Of a stretch of DNA of 64,000 nt, positions 47,123 through 59,000 are shown in pieces; within the stretch, counting starts at the first letter, position 1, and every line of letters starts with the position of its first letter. The notes under the pieces were generated by a model that was given only the letters and a program-made list of their open reading frames with translations, was not told where the DNA came from and did no database searches. The position numbers and the translations under genes were made by a program. The stretch is from a virus (lineage: Duplodnaviria > Caudoviricetes), in the IMG/VR virus record IMGVR_UViG_3300025118_004856, positions 1,163-65,162 of that record. One strand, 5' to 3'.

Positions 47123-47599
47123 TTAATTCGTTGTTACGTTAAAAGATATTTCACCATTCATTTGAGTTTGTTTTAGACTCCCATTATTAAATTTGTATTT
47201 TCCTACCTCCTTAATTTCTGAACCAAGAATAGTCACGTTTCCAATACCATTTGTTACTGTCGCTCTTATTAATAGCGATTTGCCAGGGTTTGTTTCATTT
47301 TCTATTTTTAATTGGAAATCGCCAGAAAAGTCCGTATCAATATTTAAACCTTCTTCATCCGTTGTTACTTTATATGTTGCCGGTATGGGTTGTCCAAATA
47401 TCACATCGGCAATAGGGTCAACATTAAGCCATGATTTGTCATGCTTCTTCCATTTGTCCATTCTGACACCATTTATTTTTTTAACCCCACTATCGGTTTT
47501 TCTTATATGTTCCTTGCCATCCTTACCTGTCCATGTTTTAACCTTTAGAATCTGATAAAAGTTTGGTTTCAATTCGACTTCTTCTTCTGTTATTGGCAT
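47123..47599 (-). CDS. hypothetical protein (tail-associated by context)
   Basis: AAAGGAG RBS; beta-rich C-terminus. Confidence 0.6.
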   Translation of the reverse strand: MPITEEEVELKPNFYQILKVKTWTGKDGKEHIRKTDSGVKKINGVRMDKWKKHDKSWLNVDPIADVIFGQPIPATYKVTTDEEGLNIDTDFSGDFQLKIENETNPGKSLLIRATVTNGIGNVTILGSEIKEVGKYKFNNGSLKQTQMNGEISFNVTTN

Positions 47600-47611
47600 G
47601 ACTCTCCTTTC

Positions 47612-48211
47612 TTATGGTAATAATTTTGCCTTTTGACCTCTAATCACAAAATGTTGATAATTTCCAACTTGAATAAAATCTATTGCTTTCTGTATTAATA
47701 TTGGAGGTAAATCTATATTTAAAGATTTAACTAAACCGCAGATTACAGTTTCAGGCGACCTAATTAAATGCTCAAAACTTATTGGAATACAGTTAGCTGA
47801 ATTTATATTATTCATCATAAATCTATAGTTAGATGATGCTTCATCTGCAGCCCTTGTTAATGCAATAAAATGAGGCGTTTTACACCTCGACAATTGAGAC
47901 AATGCCGTAGCATAAACATCTCTAATGACAATTACATATTTAGGGTTAATTAAATGATGCTTCACACTTTCTATATATCTATCCAAAGCAAAATATTTCC
48001 AACCCCAAACCTCATGTTCTGCATTTCTCTTTTTTATGATCTCCTTTATTTCATCTACTGTGGCATCTATAACATCAGTATCTTCGTATTCGCCTCTGTG
48101 AGTAATCTCATCCCCCATGTGAACCCCCATAATTGACAAGGCCCCCGCAATAGAAGATGTGCCACCTTTAAACCCACCCATTACAACAACTGTCTGTTTA
48201 GTTTTTATCAT
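47612..48211 (-). CDS. sulfotransferase-like P-loop protein
   Basis: VVVMGGFKGGTS, GEYED, WGWK, VIRD...ALS, ISFEHL. Confidence 0.75.
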   Translation of the reverse strand: MIKTKQTVVVMGGFKGGTSSIAGALSIMGVHMGDEITHRGEYEDTDVIDATVDEIKEIIKKRNAEHEVWGWKYFALDRYIESVKHHLINPKYVIVIRDVYATALSQLSRCKTPHFIALTRAADEASSNYRFMMNNINSANCIPISFEHLIRSPETVICGLVKSLNIDLPPILIQKAIDFIQVGNYQHFVIRGQKAKLLP

Positions 48212-48214
48212 AAA

Positions 48215-48631
48215 CTATATATCTTCTGACGAGGACACACTACAAGCAATTACACCTGTATCAGTATCGTTCTTTGCCCTTACCAAAATTGACGTACCAA
48301 AATCTTGATTAACTGGTACTGTAAAATTTTGCGTACCAATATTAGAACCTTCGGACCATGTGCTTGCATCACTACCTTTTATGAAATGTGTAGCCATATC
48401 AAGTTCATATAGCGTTCCACCATCTACCGTTATTTCCCAATGTGTTTTTACTATATTTGCCACAGACGCCGCCGCCGAAACAGCCACAAGTAAACCTGCC
48501 CCCACAAAAGTATAAACAGTTTCATAAGTATCTCCAACTGTTGAAACATCTGAATTTGAATTTAATTGCCACTCACTTGTTTTTCTTGGATTTATAAATG
48601 AACTTCTACTTGTCATGTTGAAAACCTCCAA
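48215..48631 (-). CDS. putative tail-tip / receptor-binding accessory protein
   Basis: Beta-rich ORF in tail module. Confidence 0.5.
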   Translation of the reverse strand: MEVFNMTSRSSFINPRKTSEWQLNSNSDVSTVGDTYETVYTFVGAGLLVAVSAAASVANIVKTHWEITVDGGTLYELDMATHFIKGSDASTWSEGSNIGTQNFTVPVNQDFGTSILVRAKNDTDTGVIACSVSSSEDI

Positions 48632-49218
48632 TCAGTTGTGCTTAAATTGTATTCTAATACGAAAAAATCATCGCTTACATCGCCTGTTAAAACACTGGTT
48701 GAAAGTAAAATAGTTTTTCCGTTAGGATTAATAGATACATTACTTGTTGCCCAATTACCATGAGGATCTACAAATGCAATTCTATTTCCATCAGAAGGAG
48801 TAGCAGGAAGATCAGCTGTAATTGATCCACTCATAAAATATCTATTTCCAGATACGGCACTAAAATTAGCCGTCTTATCAGATTTGGTTTCACTTACAGC
48901 ACCAGCTCCAGCAGCAGTTAGCTTCCACCCTGAATGAGTACCCGAATCTGTGACAATTCTTAAATTATCAATTGAACTGGTAGGAAAAATACCATTAATC
49001 CCTGAAGAAGTAAAAACAGCAAGATCACCTTTTGTTGCGGTGGGACTCAAAGCATTGAATCCTGAATTTGCCGTTTTAAATCCATGACCACCATTAAGAA
49101 TACCCCAAGGAGTAGCATTATTAATAGCACTTGTAACAAGATTAAATTGAGTTAATGCAACATCTGTTGCTGTGCCTTTAGGTAATGCTCCAGAATCTAA
49201 TGCCATAATTTTCTCCAA
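48613..49218 (-). CDS. tail fibre-like protein; likely start ATG 49206
   Basis: TKGDL and LPATPSDG...D..GNWAT.NV.INPNG motifs common in tail fibres. Confidence 0.65.
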   Translation of the reverse strand: MEKIMALDSGALPKGTATDVALTQFNLVTSAINNATPWGILNGGHGFKTANSGFNALSPTATKGDLAVFTSSGINGIFPTSSIDNLRIVTDSGTHSGWKLTAAGAGAVSETKSDKTANFSAVSGNRYFMSGSITADLPATPSDGNRIAFVDPHGNWATSNVSINPNGKTILLSTSVLTGDVSDDFFVLEYNLSTTDWRFST

Positions 49219-49277
49219 TAAAAAAACCCAAAGCCAATAGACAATGTTCTGTCTTTTAACTTTGGGTTCATCCCTCT
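49217..49277 (-). terminator. long hairpin plus U-tract directly before tail fibre gene
   Basis: AACCCAAAG...CTTTGGGTTTTTTT; related to 63812-63900. Confidence 0.6.
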
Positions 49278-49318
49278 ATTAATATTATATAAGTTTTTGA
49301 TAAACTTTTAAATAGTTT

Positions 49319-51061
49319 TTATGTAGATTCTGTCCATCTAATCTCCCTTAAAGTTAGCTTGACACTTTCTAAATTAAAACTTCTTTGTATACAAATAAAA
49401 AATTTATCTGTCCAACTTTGATCAACATCTGTTACAGAAACCATATCGCCTTCTTCTACTATTGATGCTTCATGTGTACAATCATATGTAATTATTATTA
49501 ATGTTTCTGATCTTAAAATTGCTTGAAATTCCAACCACCTATCAGCAGTAGTATTGGATTGTATATCGTTGGCATTTAAAACAGGAGCTTCAAGTAAACC
49601 ATATCTATCTTGCGATATTTGAAGAAGCCTTGATCCTGTATTATCAAGTTTTTTATATTTCGTATATTGTCCTAATCTTGGATTATACCCATAATTTATT
49701 TCAAAAGAATTTTTTACTTTTGTAACATCTGTTTCAGTTACTAATCCTGATCTTGCTATAATGTTTTTATTTCTTTTTAATTTAATAATTGGGACTGGGT
49801 TATCTAAATCAATTACTATTATCCCATATTTCCCGTTCCTCCATACTGGGACAATCGGCAATTGTGGGGCAAGCCTTCTTTGGATAGTATCAAACACAGT
49901 AGCTTCTGTTTTACCAGCACCATTGAATATTGAAGCTAACGACCACCCTGCTAATTTATTCTTTGCTGTACCAAATGCTCCTGAATCTATTTGACCTGAA
50001 TCCAATCCACTAAAATCTGTTACAATATCTTCTATTATTTCTCCTGCATTACTAAAAAAAGATGAGCCATCTTTTGTTCCATTAGCATCTACTGTTACCG
50101 CTTCAGTAGAAAAATCAGATGCTGATTCTATAAAGAAATAAGTATTGCCATCTCCATCAGTAGCTGTACCACTATCTGAAGGAGAAAAAGTTGAGCCATT
50201 GTGTCTTGCTGTAGAAATACCATTTATATCGTGTCCAGCCACTAACCACCTATGATCTGTATCAGGTTGTCCAATATAAAAACATGGAGAATCTATAACC
50301 GAACCATATAATACAGGATAAGAATTTCCTATAACTTGAGCATTCGCTCCAGAAAAATTTTCAGAAGTTATTCTTACTGAAGGAAATTTTCTATCAAGAT
50401 TCTTTCTTAAATCTAATAAATTAAAAGTAAAATTAGTTTCTGTATCTCCCCATGATATGTTTCGTATAACACCTTCACCAAGTTGTAGTCTGTCTTGGTA
50501 AAGCATCCCTTCAACCCACAACCCCAACTCAGCTGTCATATTAGTCAAAACAAAAGTTGTTCTTAAATTCTGTAAAGCATGAGAACCATCTATTGATAAC
50601 TTTATAGAGGAAATCCTACTGGTTAATGTATCTAAATCAATAGAGGAAACTATATTTCCAGTTGATCCTAATCCAGCTTTAAATTTCTTTATTACAAAAT
50701 CAGTTAATACTTCATATGTTTTAGCAGATTCTGTTGCTTCTAAATATTCTGTTTTTAAAGCTAATGCTGTATTTGTAGTTGGAGCATTTGTTTCATAAAA
50801 AGGAGCATTGGGGTTGGAAGTTATTCTAAATAAACCACCATCTTCAACATTACCTAAAAGAGAAGAACCAACAAATGTTAATGATTTAGATAAATTAGTA
50901 ACTGTGACTGTCCCAACTTTATAGGTTGTAGTAGCATCTATAACCTCAAGATTACTGGTAGCAAACAATTGTTCTTTACCAGATATCTCCATTTTCAAAA
51001 TAAGATGCTTTGTTACTTTTGAATCTTTTATTATCCCAACCCAATTATTATCTGAGATCAT
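49319..51061 (-). CDS. tail tip / hub protein
   Basis: YPVLYG motif, beta-rich, downstream of tape measure. Confidence 0.65.
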   Translation of the reverse strand: MISDNNWVGIIKDSKVTKHLILKMEISGKEQLFATSNLEVIDATTTYKVGTVTVTNLSKSLTFVGSSLLGNVEDGGLFRITSNPNAPFYETNAPTTNTALALKTEYLEATESAKTYEVLTDFVIKKFKAGLGSTGNIVSSIDLDTLTSRISSIKLSIDGSHALQNLRTTFVLTNMTAELGLWVEGMLYQDRLQLGEGVIRNISWGDTETNFTFNLLDLRKNLDRKFPSVRITSENFSGANAQVIGNSYPVLYGSVIDSPCFYIGQPDTDHRWLVAGHDINGISTARHNGSTFSPSDSGTATDGDGNTYFFIESASDFSTEAVTVDANGTKDGSSFFSNAGEIIEDIVTDFSGLDSGQIDSGAFGTAKNKLAGWSLASIFNGAGKTEATVFDTIQRRLAPQLPIVPVWRNGKYGIIVIDLDNPVPIIKLKRNKNIIARSGLVTETDVTKVKNSFEINYGYNPRLGQYTKYKKLDNTGSRLLQISQDRYGLLEAPVLNANDIQSNTTADRWLEFQAILRSETLIIITYDCTHEASIVEEGDMVSVTDVDQSWTDKFFICIQRSFNLESVKLTLREIRWTEST

Positions 51062-54000
51062 AGTTCTTCTTCCAGCACTAAATTATTAATATTGAATATA
51101 TTTGTTATGACATGTTGTTTATTATAAACATTAGATAATCTTGCCAATACAAAATTTTGAAGATCATCATCATCTAAAATAAATACAAATGGATTGTTAG
51201 CCCAATCTGTAGCTTCTAAAAATTGCTCAATTTCATCTGTAAATGCCGATGTCTTATGTGTAAAATTAAGTTGGAATGCTTGTCTGCTTTCACCTCTCTT
51301 TGTACTAAATTTTTGTCCTCCTCTTGAGGAAGTATTGACCCCTACATTTGGTGCTTGAGAAAATTTATATCCAACATTAAAGTTTTTAGATAAAGCAATT
51401 TTCTTACCGAATACTAATTTGCCTATTTTATAAAAATCATCAGCAGTTTCTTGAGCATCTATAACCAACCTCGCATACCTTAAACTTGTATCAGCTATCT
51501 GTTGAGATACTCTATCTACAAATACTACAAAAGTATCTGAAGAAGCTAAACCATCAGTTGTTAATGATGCAGTAGTTATTTTTATTTCTGTGGCATTATT
51601 AGATTCTATTTTATAAGTCTTCCCACTTGCTGTTCCACTTGTAGGTCTTAAATACATTGGTCTGTTTGGTCTTGCCAATTGATTAAGTTTTAAAGCTAAT
51701 GAGCTATCAGTTACTGTATTCTGTGTTACACCTGTAACAGTACCACTTACCTCTGATCTAACTGTAAATGCTTGATCAATTGTAGGACTACCCCAAGAAT
51801 CTGCTGCATTCATTTGAAACTTGCCAGTTCTAAAATTTATCCCTACAAGATTAATTTGATCAACATTAAAAATTTTATTTTCACCAGCATCAAATACATA
51901 AACATGCTCTGATCCATCATCTTCTGTTCTAACTAAATCAGATGGACTATCAGTTACCATATCTTCTTTTGGAAAAGTAAATGCAGAACCAATTGTCCAT
52001 AAATCATCAACAACTCCATCAGAACCACCCCATGTTATTGTTACACCATCTTTAAGGAATTGTGGTTTTGATCCTGTAGCAGTTAATCTTTGTACCAAAT
52101 CATCAGGATTACTAAATCCATCATACAGCCCGTCTTCACTTTCTACAAACTCCAATGAATGAACTTTCATAGTTGCAGCATTTTTGACAATCCCAAATTC
52201 TAAAAAACTATCTGTGTCAACACCAGATTTACTTATCTCTGTTCCTTCAACAGCACTTATCCACTTTATACCTCTATCGTGTGTATTCCTATACCAAATA
52301 GACACAGCACTATTTTTCATTGCTAATAAAAACTCATGGTCATCTGTCAAGCCATGAACAACATTTTTAGCTACTGTATCTGAAAATTCACTCCATGTTC
52401 TTGCTTGCCATTGTAAAGCTCCCCAAGCATCAGTTTTATTTCCATCCATTACAGAAAATGCTGTCGTTGAAAATCTTAAAGTAGTTTGTATATGATTAGT
52501 CCCGTCAGATAGTTGTGCTCTAAATATACAAGCCTCAGTTGCTGTTGACCCACCTGAATCTATTTCAACTTTAAATCTTGCTTTAACACCACTTGTTGTC
52601 CTTACATTATTTATTGTTCTTTTATAAAGTCTACTATCTACACTTGATGTAGTTGTAAGAGTTAAAACCCCACCTGACTCCGCTCCTGTTCCAGCAGCAG
52701 TTGTCAAAACAAAACTTGTGACTTTATCTGGCAACCCTAATATTGGATAGTAGCAATCTCTATAAGGAGTAGACTCTGTAACATTTCTCCAAGCATGAGT
52801 CTTTATAGCAGATAAATGACCATTAGCTCCGTCCCAACTTTCAAATAAAGTAAGGAGTGTCCCTGCAAATCTTTCTAATGTTGGATTATAGAATCCTCTG
52901 TTTGCAGTTGCTAAAATAGTATGTCCTTGATTTGGTAAGGGATTCATTAGTTGAACTGTCCCCCAAGCAGTACCTGTTTTATCACTTGATTTTACTATTC
53001 TCAAATCTCTATTTTTATTTTCATGAGCAACTACATGAATCAATCCACCATCTTCTATTGTAGTAGTCGGCATTGAATATTCTTCAGTAGCAGAAGACAT
53101 AACAGAAGAAGAAGCTAACCCCCAAGACGATCCATCAGCAGAAGATGAAATATAAATCTTTCCAAAATTATTTGTTGCTATATCTTGATGCTCATATGCA
53201 GCTATAAATGCTCCTGTGTCTAATACACTTAAATCACAATGAACAGCACTTGTCTTTATTGTTACCTCCGCCCCCCATGTCCCGCCATTATCAGTAGATT
53301 TTCTTGAATAACAAATTCTACCTCTATGGTAAGATATTAAAATATTATTTCCTGATCTTGCTAAAGATATTTTATTATTCTCATCTAAATCAGCTGTTAT
53401 AGTTGTAACAGTTGCAAAAGTAGCACCATTATCATCTGATTTAAATATATTTATTGTACCTGCTGCTTTATCTCTAAAGGCACATATGATTCTGTTTGGT
53501 ATTGAAGCATTTGAAGCTAACTGTACAACTGCTGGGTGTGTATAACCTGTATTGTTAGCATCTATTGAAACCTCACTCCCCCATGTTCCAGCTGATATAT
53601 CAAATCTTTTTGCTACAGCATCATAATTTGCCCCACCTTGGTTTTTATTATAAACTGCTAACAAATCAGCATTATTCAATTTAATACAATCAATAGATGA
53701 AATAGTAGATTCAAAAGCAAGTCCAGTTGGAACTGTGCTTACACTTGAAAATGAAGTTGTTATTGTAGAACTTATTCCTGAGAATTGATAAATCCTATCT
53801 GTATTAGAATCGCCATGCAATAAATTTCTACTATCAAATGCTAATCCTGCAGGTGTAGTTGATGGAGAAGAAAAAGATGTCAACACTGTAGTACTAAATC
53901 CTGAATGTCTATAAATTCTATCCGCTGCTGAATCTGCTGATACTAAATTCTGTCCTTCAAAAGTAAGTCCAGTTGGGTTGGTTGAAATAGAAGAAAAAGA

Positions 54001-54327
54001 ATCTATAACTGTCTGGCTCATCCCAGAAAATTTATAAATTCTTTGAGTAGTAGCATCACCTGAAATTAAATTTCTACCATCAAATGTTAATCCAGTAGCA
54101 TTTGTTCCTGGCACAGTAAAGCTGTTCAGTACTGTATTACTAACTCCACTCATGTGAAAGACAATACCAGAAGTATTAATCAAAGCAATATCTCTTTGAT
54201 TAACAAATGCCAATCCCTGTGGGTTAGTAACTGGACTTGAAAACGAATTTATTATAGTTCCAGTGTTAGCAGAATGAAGATAAATTCTATCTGTATTTGA
54301 ATCTGCGGAGAATAAGTTTTTTCTCAT
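51058..54327 (-). CDS. large tail protein with beta-propeller repeats and BNR/Asp-box (sialidase-like) domain
   Basis: Five ~40 aa SADSxTDRIY...PTGLxF repeats; SDDNGATF, STDNGGTW, SADGSSW Asp boxes. Confidence 0.75.
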   Translation of the reverse strand: MRKNLFSADSNTDRIYLHSANTGTIINSFSSPVTNPQGLAFVNQRDIALINTSGIVFHMSGVSNTVLNSFTVPGTNATGLTFDGRNLISGDATTQRIYKFSGMSQTVIDSFSSISTNPTGLTFEGQNLVSADSAADRIYRHSGFSTTVLTSFSSPSTTPAGLAFDSRNLLHGDSNTDRIYQFSGISSTITTSFSSVSTVPTGLAFESTISSIDCIKLNNADLLAVYNKNQGGANYDAVAKRFDISAGTWGSEVSIDANNTGYTHPAVVQLASNASIPNRIICAFRDKAAGTINIFKSDDNGATFATVTTITADLDENNKISLARSGNNILISYHRGRICYSRKSTDNGGTWGAEVTIKTSAVHCDLSVLDTGAFIAAYEHQDIATNNFGKIYISSSADGSSWGLASSSVMSSATEEYSMPTTTIEDGGLIHVVAHENKNRDLRIVKSSDKTGTAWGTVQLMNPLPNQGHTILATANRGFYNPTLERFAGTLLTLFESWDGANGHLSAIKTHAWRNVTESTPYRDCYYPILGLPDKVTSFVLTTAAGTGAESGGVLTLTTTSSVDSRLYKRTINNVRTTSGVKARFKVEIDSGGSTATEACIFRAQLSDGTNHIQTTLRFSTTAFSVMDGNKTDAWGALQWQARTWSEFSDTVAKNVVHGLTDDHEFLLAMKNSAVSIWYRNTHDRGIKWISAVEGTEISKSGVDTDSFLEFGIVKNAATMKVHSLEFVESEDGLYDGFSNPDDLVQRLTATGSKPQFLKDGVTITWGGSDGVVDDLWTIGSAFTFPKEDMVTDSPSDLVRTEDDGSEHVYVFDAGENKIFNVDQINLVGINFRTGKFQMNAADSWGSPTIDQAFTVRSEVSGTVTGVTQNTVTDSSLALKLNQLARPNRPMYLRPTSGTASGKTYKIESNNATEIKITTASLTTDGLASSDTFVVFVDRVSQQIADTSLRYARLVIDAQETADDFYKIGKLVFGKKIALSKNFNVGYKFSQAPNVGVNTSSRGGQKFSTKRGESRQAFQLNFTHKTSAFTDEIEQFLEATDWANNPFVFILDDDDLQNFVLARLSNVYNKQHVITNIFNINNLVLEEEL

Positions 54328-54344
54328 TTGTCATATACTCTGGG

Positions 54345-54650
54345 TTAAATTCTGACTGTTACAACCTCAAAATCTTCAAAAATAGGTTCAGCATTTAACC
54401 CAAAGAATGTAGCACCTCCGTCATCAGAGAATATAAATTTTGATGCACCTATATCGCCTGCAGTCTTTATTTGTACAGTTATGTTCATGGCAGTAGTGCC
54501 AAAATAAGCACCAGCACTAACTAGTGTTAATGATCCAGTATTGTTGGTGCTCTTTACTGGTTGATCTACAAACTCATCAAACTCAGATGTAGACGATAAA
54601 ACATTATCTTTTACTAAATTTTTATTTGCAAGTATGACGCTTGAACCCAT
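54345..54650 (-). CDS. tail protein, possibly detached N-terminus of the 1089 aa protein
   Basis: SDDGGATF Asp box; ends 18 nt before next gene. Confidence 0.55.
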   Translation of the reverse strand: MGSSVILANKNLVKDNVLSSTSEFDEFVDQPVKSTNNTGSLTLVSAGAYFGTTAMNITVQIKTAGDIGASKFIFSDDGGATFFGLNAEPIFEDFEVVTVRI

Positions 54651-54652
54651 AG

Positions 54653-55417
54653 CTAAACTCTCTCAATAATTTCATCAAGTTTCTTTTGGTGCTCAATATT
54701 TTTTACAATTTTTAAATTTCCATTATTCCTTTTATTTTGTTCTTCAACTAAAAGATCATTGACTCTTTTTAATGACATACGATCAACCTTATGGTCACAA
54801 TGAACATTTTTATCTACATATATTTTATAACCAATGTCTATTGCATTATCACAAAAGATAAAATCTTGACCACAAGATATTTCACCTCTCTCATTATATT
54901 TACTTTCATAAAACATTGTTCGTCCTGTAGTTTTTAATAAATGCTCTTTCATCTTTACTATAACTTCTCTTTTTATTAACACACAAGAAGCACCAGTAGC
55001 AGAACATTCTTGCAACCTTATATCTTTATTCTTTTGCCAATCTACATTAGAATAGCCTCCATTTACTTTATCTAAAATAACCGCAAATGGATATCCATAT
55101 TGAAAGCTGAAACAAGTAGCACCGACAATATCTTTGTCATGTCTAACTAATTCATCTATACAATTCTGTGGTGGAACAATGTCACTATCTATTGTTAAAA
55201 CATAATCATTATCACTTTCTAAAAATCTATGCATAGCTTTGTTTCTGACACTGTCTATCGGTTTTCCGTCAACTATATCTATATTTAAAATATATTTTCC
55301 TGGTTCTATAAAATTATAATGCGTTACATTTTTCAAAACCCACATGAAAAGTTCTGGCTCAATTCTTGTGTATGGAGCAATCGGGATGCTTATAAGAATT
55401 TTTTTAGGTTTATCCAT
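54653..55417 (-). CDS. glycosyltransferase, GT-A fold (GT2-like)
   Basis: RN, IDSD (DxD), GASCVLIKREV, GQDFIFC, CDH. Confidence 0.85.
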   Translation of the reverse strand: MDKPKKILISIPIAPYTRIEPELFMWVLKNVTHYNFIEPGKYILNIDIVDGKPIDSVRNKAMHRFLESDNDYVLTIDSDIVPPQNCIDELVRHDKDIVGATCFSFQYGYPFAVILDKVNGGYSNVDWQKNKDIRLQECSATGASCVLIKREVIVKMKEHLLKTTGRTMFYESKYNERGEISCGQDFIFCDNAIDIGYKIYVDKNVHCDHKVDRMSLKRVNDLLVEEQNKRNNGNLKIVKNIEHQKKLDEIIERV

Positions 55418-56084
55418 TCATTTCTCCTGTTAAATTTATAGATTCATAATTAAAATTCAAGTCATGATTGAGTTTATTTAAAGATTTTAAAATAACTGTC
55501 CAATGTATTCTAACAAAATTAGTTTTTAAATGACAAGTAACACAAAGACTAATTAAATTTTCAGGATTATTATTTTGTTTATTATAATCTATGTGATGAA
55601 CATGTAATTTCTTATTCTTTTGTTTTTTACTACATAATCTACAAAGATATTTATCTCTTTTTCTTACTTGTTCTTTTAAAGTGTTATTAAACTCGATTCC
55701 GTATGGTTCAAAGGAAATTCCACCCAACCATCTTGGATTCTTACTACCTTTTGTATCAATTGAATTACTTATCTTCTTTCGTGTTTCTTCTGAATGCTGT
55801 TTCCCATACATTGCATTACCTGAACCAGAACGATCTCTACTCATCTTTAGTTTAGTTTCTTCTGAGTGTTTTTTACCAAACATAGAATTATTTTTACCCG
55901 ACGTATCTGAACGATTAAGCTTTAACTTTAATTTTTGTTCTTCTGTAAACGTAGTACCCTTTCTTTTTTTACCAAGATTTCTAATACGTTCCATTTCGTA
56001 CTTATTATTTTTTAATGTATTGCTTATCTTTAGTTTCTGTTCTTCTGACATCCTTTTACCTTTATTCCAAGCTATTCTTTTCAT
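55410..56084 (-). CDS. NUMOD3-HNH homing endonuclease
   Basis: GKKHSEET repeats, VHHIDYNK, NLISLCVTCH. Confidence 0.88.
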   Translation of the reverse strand: MKRIAWNKGKRMSEEQKLKISNTLKNNKYEMERIRNLGKKRKGTTFTEEQKLKLKLNRSDTSGKNNSMFGKKHSEETKLKMSRDRSGSGNAMYGKQHSEETRKKISNSIDTKGSKNPRWLGGISFEPYGIEFNNTLKEQVRKRDKYLCRLCSKKQKNKKLHVHHIDYNKQNNNPENLISLCVTCHLKTNFVRIHWTVILKSLNKLNHDLNFNYESINLTGEMNG

Positions 56085-56093
56085 AAGAAACTC

Positions 56094-59000
56094 TTAAGAA
56101 TTCACGAGATTAAAATTTTCTGTATTTTGTTCTTCTACCATCAATCTAAAATCTCCTATGTTTCTATTTTGATTATCTGAATTCACTTCATCTATTATTG
56201 AATTTAAATCTTTTGCGAATAAATTTTCTACAAATACATTTATAACTTTACCTCCTCCACCTCCTAATGGAACTATTGCTTCAGGTCCTTGTTCAGCCAT
56301 CAAACCTACTCCCCCAGTTTTTGTCCCTAGTAGTATAGTTGGTTCTTTTATAATTCCTCCGTCTGCAAATATACTACTAAGTCCACCCACTATACCTCCA
56401 ATCACAGTTCCAATACCAGGAGCAACAAGCGTACCTGCTGCTGCACCACCAGCTATTCCTCCAATAGTACTTCCTGCTTGACCACCTACAACTTCTTCCC
56501 CTAAAGCACTGCCAATTTGACCACCTATCAACCCAGCTCCACCAGCACCAAGAAGCACCCCCCCTGATGCACCTGTGCCTGCAAATCCTGCAGAGGTAAT
56601 AGAACCTCCCGCAGTTGTCGGACCAATGAATCCTGCTACTGGAGCACCTGCTGAACTACCACCGAAAAGACCAGCTATTTGGGTTAGATTACCGATTCCA
56701 CCTCCTCCAACTTGACCTCCAGATACACCAGTAGGACCACCTCCCAATGCACCAGGAAATAAAAGTCTAAATACTGCCGATGCTGCTGCTTGTGCTGCCA
56801 TTTGAGCAAGTGCATCAATAAAAAGATCAAGCATTCGTTGCATCAATGTTTTAAATGAATTTCCAATATCTTTAAAATTTCCTTTTAATGCATCAGTCAC
56901 AATACTCTTAAAACTATCTTTTAAAACACCATAAGTAGCTATTCCAAAATCAGCTATTTGTTGGTTAACAGATTTAAAAGATAACAATTGACTCGCAATA
57001 CCAATTCGAAACGCATCAAGACGAGTTACTTCACCTTCAGCTAATATATTATTTAGTTTATTATGAATCTCTTGTCTTGCTTTAGCAGTAAGATTTTCGT
57101 CGTTGACTTGTATTAGTAATTGAGCAGCAGATTCTTGTGTGACCTCTTTTTTAAGTTCCCTTAATTTTTCTGTTGTAGCTCTTTCTATATTTACAATTGC
57201 TTCTGCTGCATTTTCTTTAATCAACGCTTCAGCTCGAGAACCTGCTTCAATTTCTAATAATTTTTCATTAGCAGCATCTCTAACGATTTCTATTTGAATC
57301 TTTTCTTGTGCTTTGACAACTCTGGTCAAATCTTTTATTCCGATTATCCTTGTTTTATTTGCAAGAGTTTGCGTTTTTAGAATTTCTTTTATTTTTCCTT
57401 CTTCTAAAGCAAAAGCCTGCAATTGTAGTTTTCTCCTAATACTTATTTCTTTTTTCAATACTTTTGTTATCTCTAACTGAGAAACTATAAAATTTGGAAC
57501 TTGCTTTTGTCCTAATTTTAATATCAATAATTGTGCTTCTTCTAATGTAGTAAGAACTTTCTTAGTTTCTGTTTGTACAGTTACAAATGGTTTTTTAATA
57601 GGTTCATCAATTTCTTTTACAGTCTTTTTTAAATTAGCAAGTTGTTTCTCCATAGCAATCAAATCTTCAGTTGATGCAGGAACAACTTTACTGAATCCAA
57701 ATAAACCATCTTCTAATTTAGTACCAGTTCTTATTTGTTGTTCAAGAAGTTTGATTTGATCATTGAGTCTGTCAGTAGTATCAATAGCTCCATTTAAAGA
57801 TTCTGCTAAAAATTTTACAGTCTTATCAGTAGCAGTTATAGCAGCTAAAAATCCAACCGCCCCTATTTTACCAAAAAAGATAGATCCTAATAATCCACCA
57901 ACACCAAAAAAAGTAACATTTTCTAAAAATATTTTAGCTAAATCTCCTATAATACTTACAACATCTAAAAAAGGCTGTTTTAAATCTCGCATTACGTTTA
58001 ATATGCCTTTACTTGTTTCTTTAAATTGAATGTACCCTTTATCTAATAATTCTCTAACTGCATCTTTATTTTTAGTAAACTTATCAGCTACTCCATCCAA
58101 TATTTTTTGTAAATCTCCCCCTGCTGTTTTAATTAAATCATTAACAACAGGTAACAAAACATCACCAATTGCGAATGCAGCTTGTCCTAATCTATTCCCT
58201 AATAATCTTAACTTACTTGCAGTACCACTAATAAAAATATCAAACTCCTTTTGTAAAGAAGTCCCTCTTTTTACTTCATCACTTGCAGTTTTTAAATTCT
58301 TCCCCATCAATTCAGTACTATTAGATAAAGCATTAAATACTAATCTTGCTCTTGAACCTGAAATACCAACAGCTTCAAATTGTGCTATAACTTGATCAGC
58401 AGGTAATTTACTAATAGCTTCAGCCCACTTTTGAATTGTTCCTATCCCATCTTTTTGTATAGCTAATCTAAACTCTGCAGCAGTAAGACCCATCTGCTTT
58501 CCAAAAACATCCGCCTTCTTAATCATATTTGCAAAAGTATTACTAACAGCAGTACCAGCCAACTCTGCTCTGAATCCTAAATCTATTAAAGTAGCACTTA
58601 ATCCAGCAACTTCAGAAGCACTTAAACCTATTTGCAGAGATGCAGGACCTAACCTACGCATAAAATCAGCTATCTGAGGAACTTTAGCAGTTGTAGTATT
58701 TTCCAATTCATTCATAACCCCAGCTAAATTTTCTATTTCTGCTATAGGGATCTTAAAAACATTTGCTATTCGTGCCAATGAGGTAGCAGCTTCTTCAGCT
58801 GTAAAATTAGTAACTGTTGCAACCTTAGCAATAGTCTCAGTAAATTTAAGGATATCAGGAGCATTTTGGATACCAAGCTGACCAGCTACAGCTCCAATTT
58901 CTGCTAATTCTCTTGCTGATATTGGAATAGCAGTAGATAGATTAATAAAATCTTTTCTTAATGTGTCTATAGTTTTTGCAGATAAACCAGTAGTTTTTCT

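Noticed and set aside
47123-54650. Diversity-generating retroelement or invertible tail fibre system
   Set aside because: No reverse transcriptase, invertase or template/variable repeat pair seen in the window.
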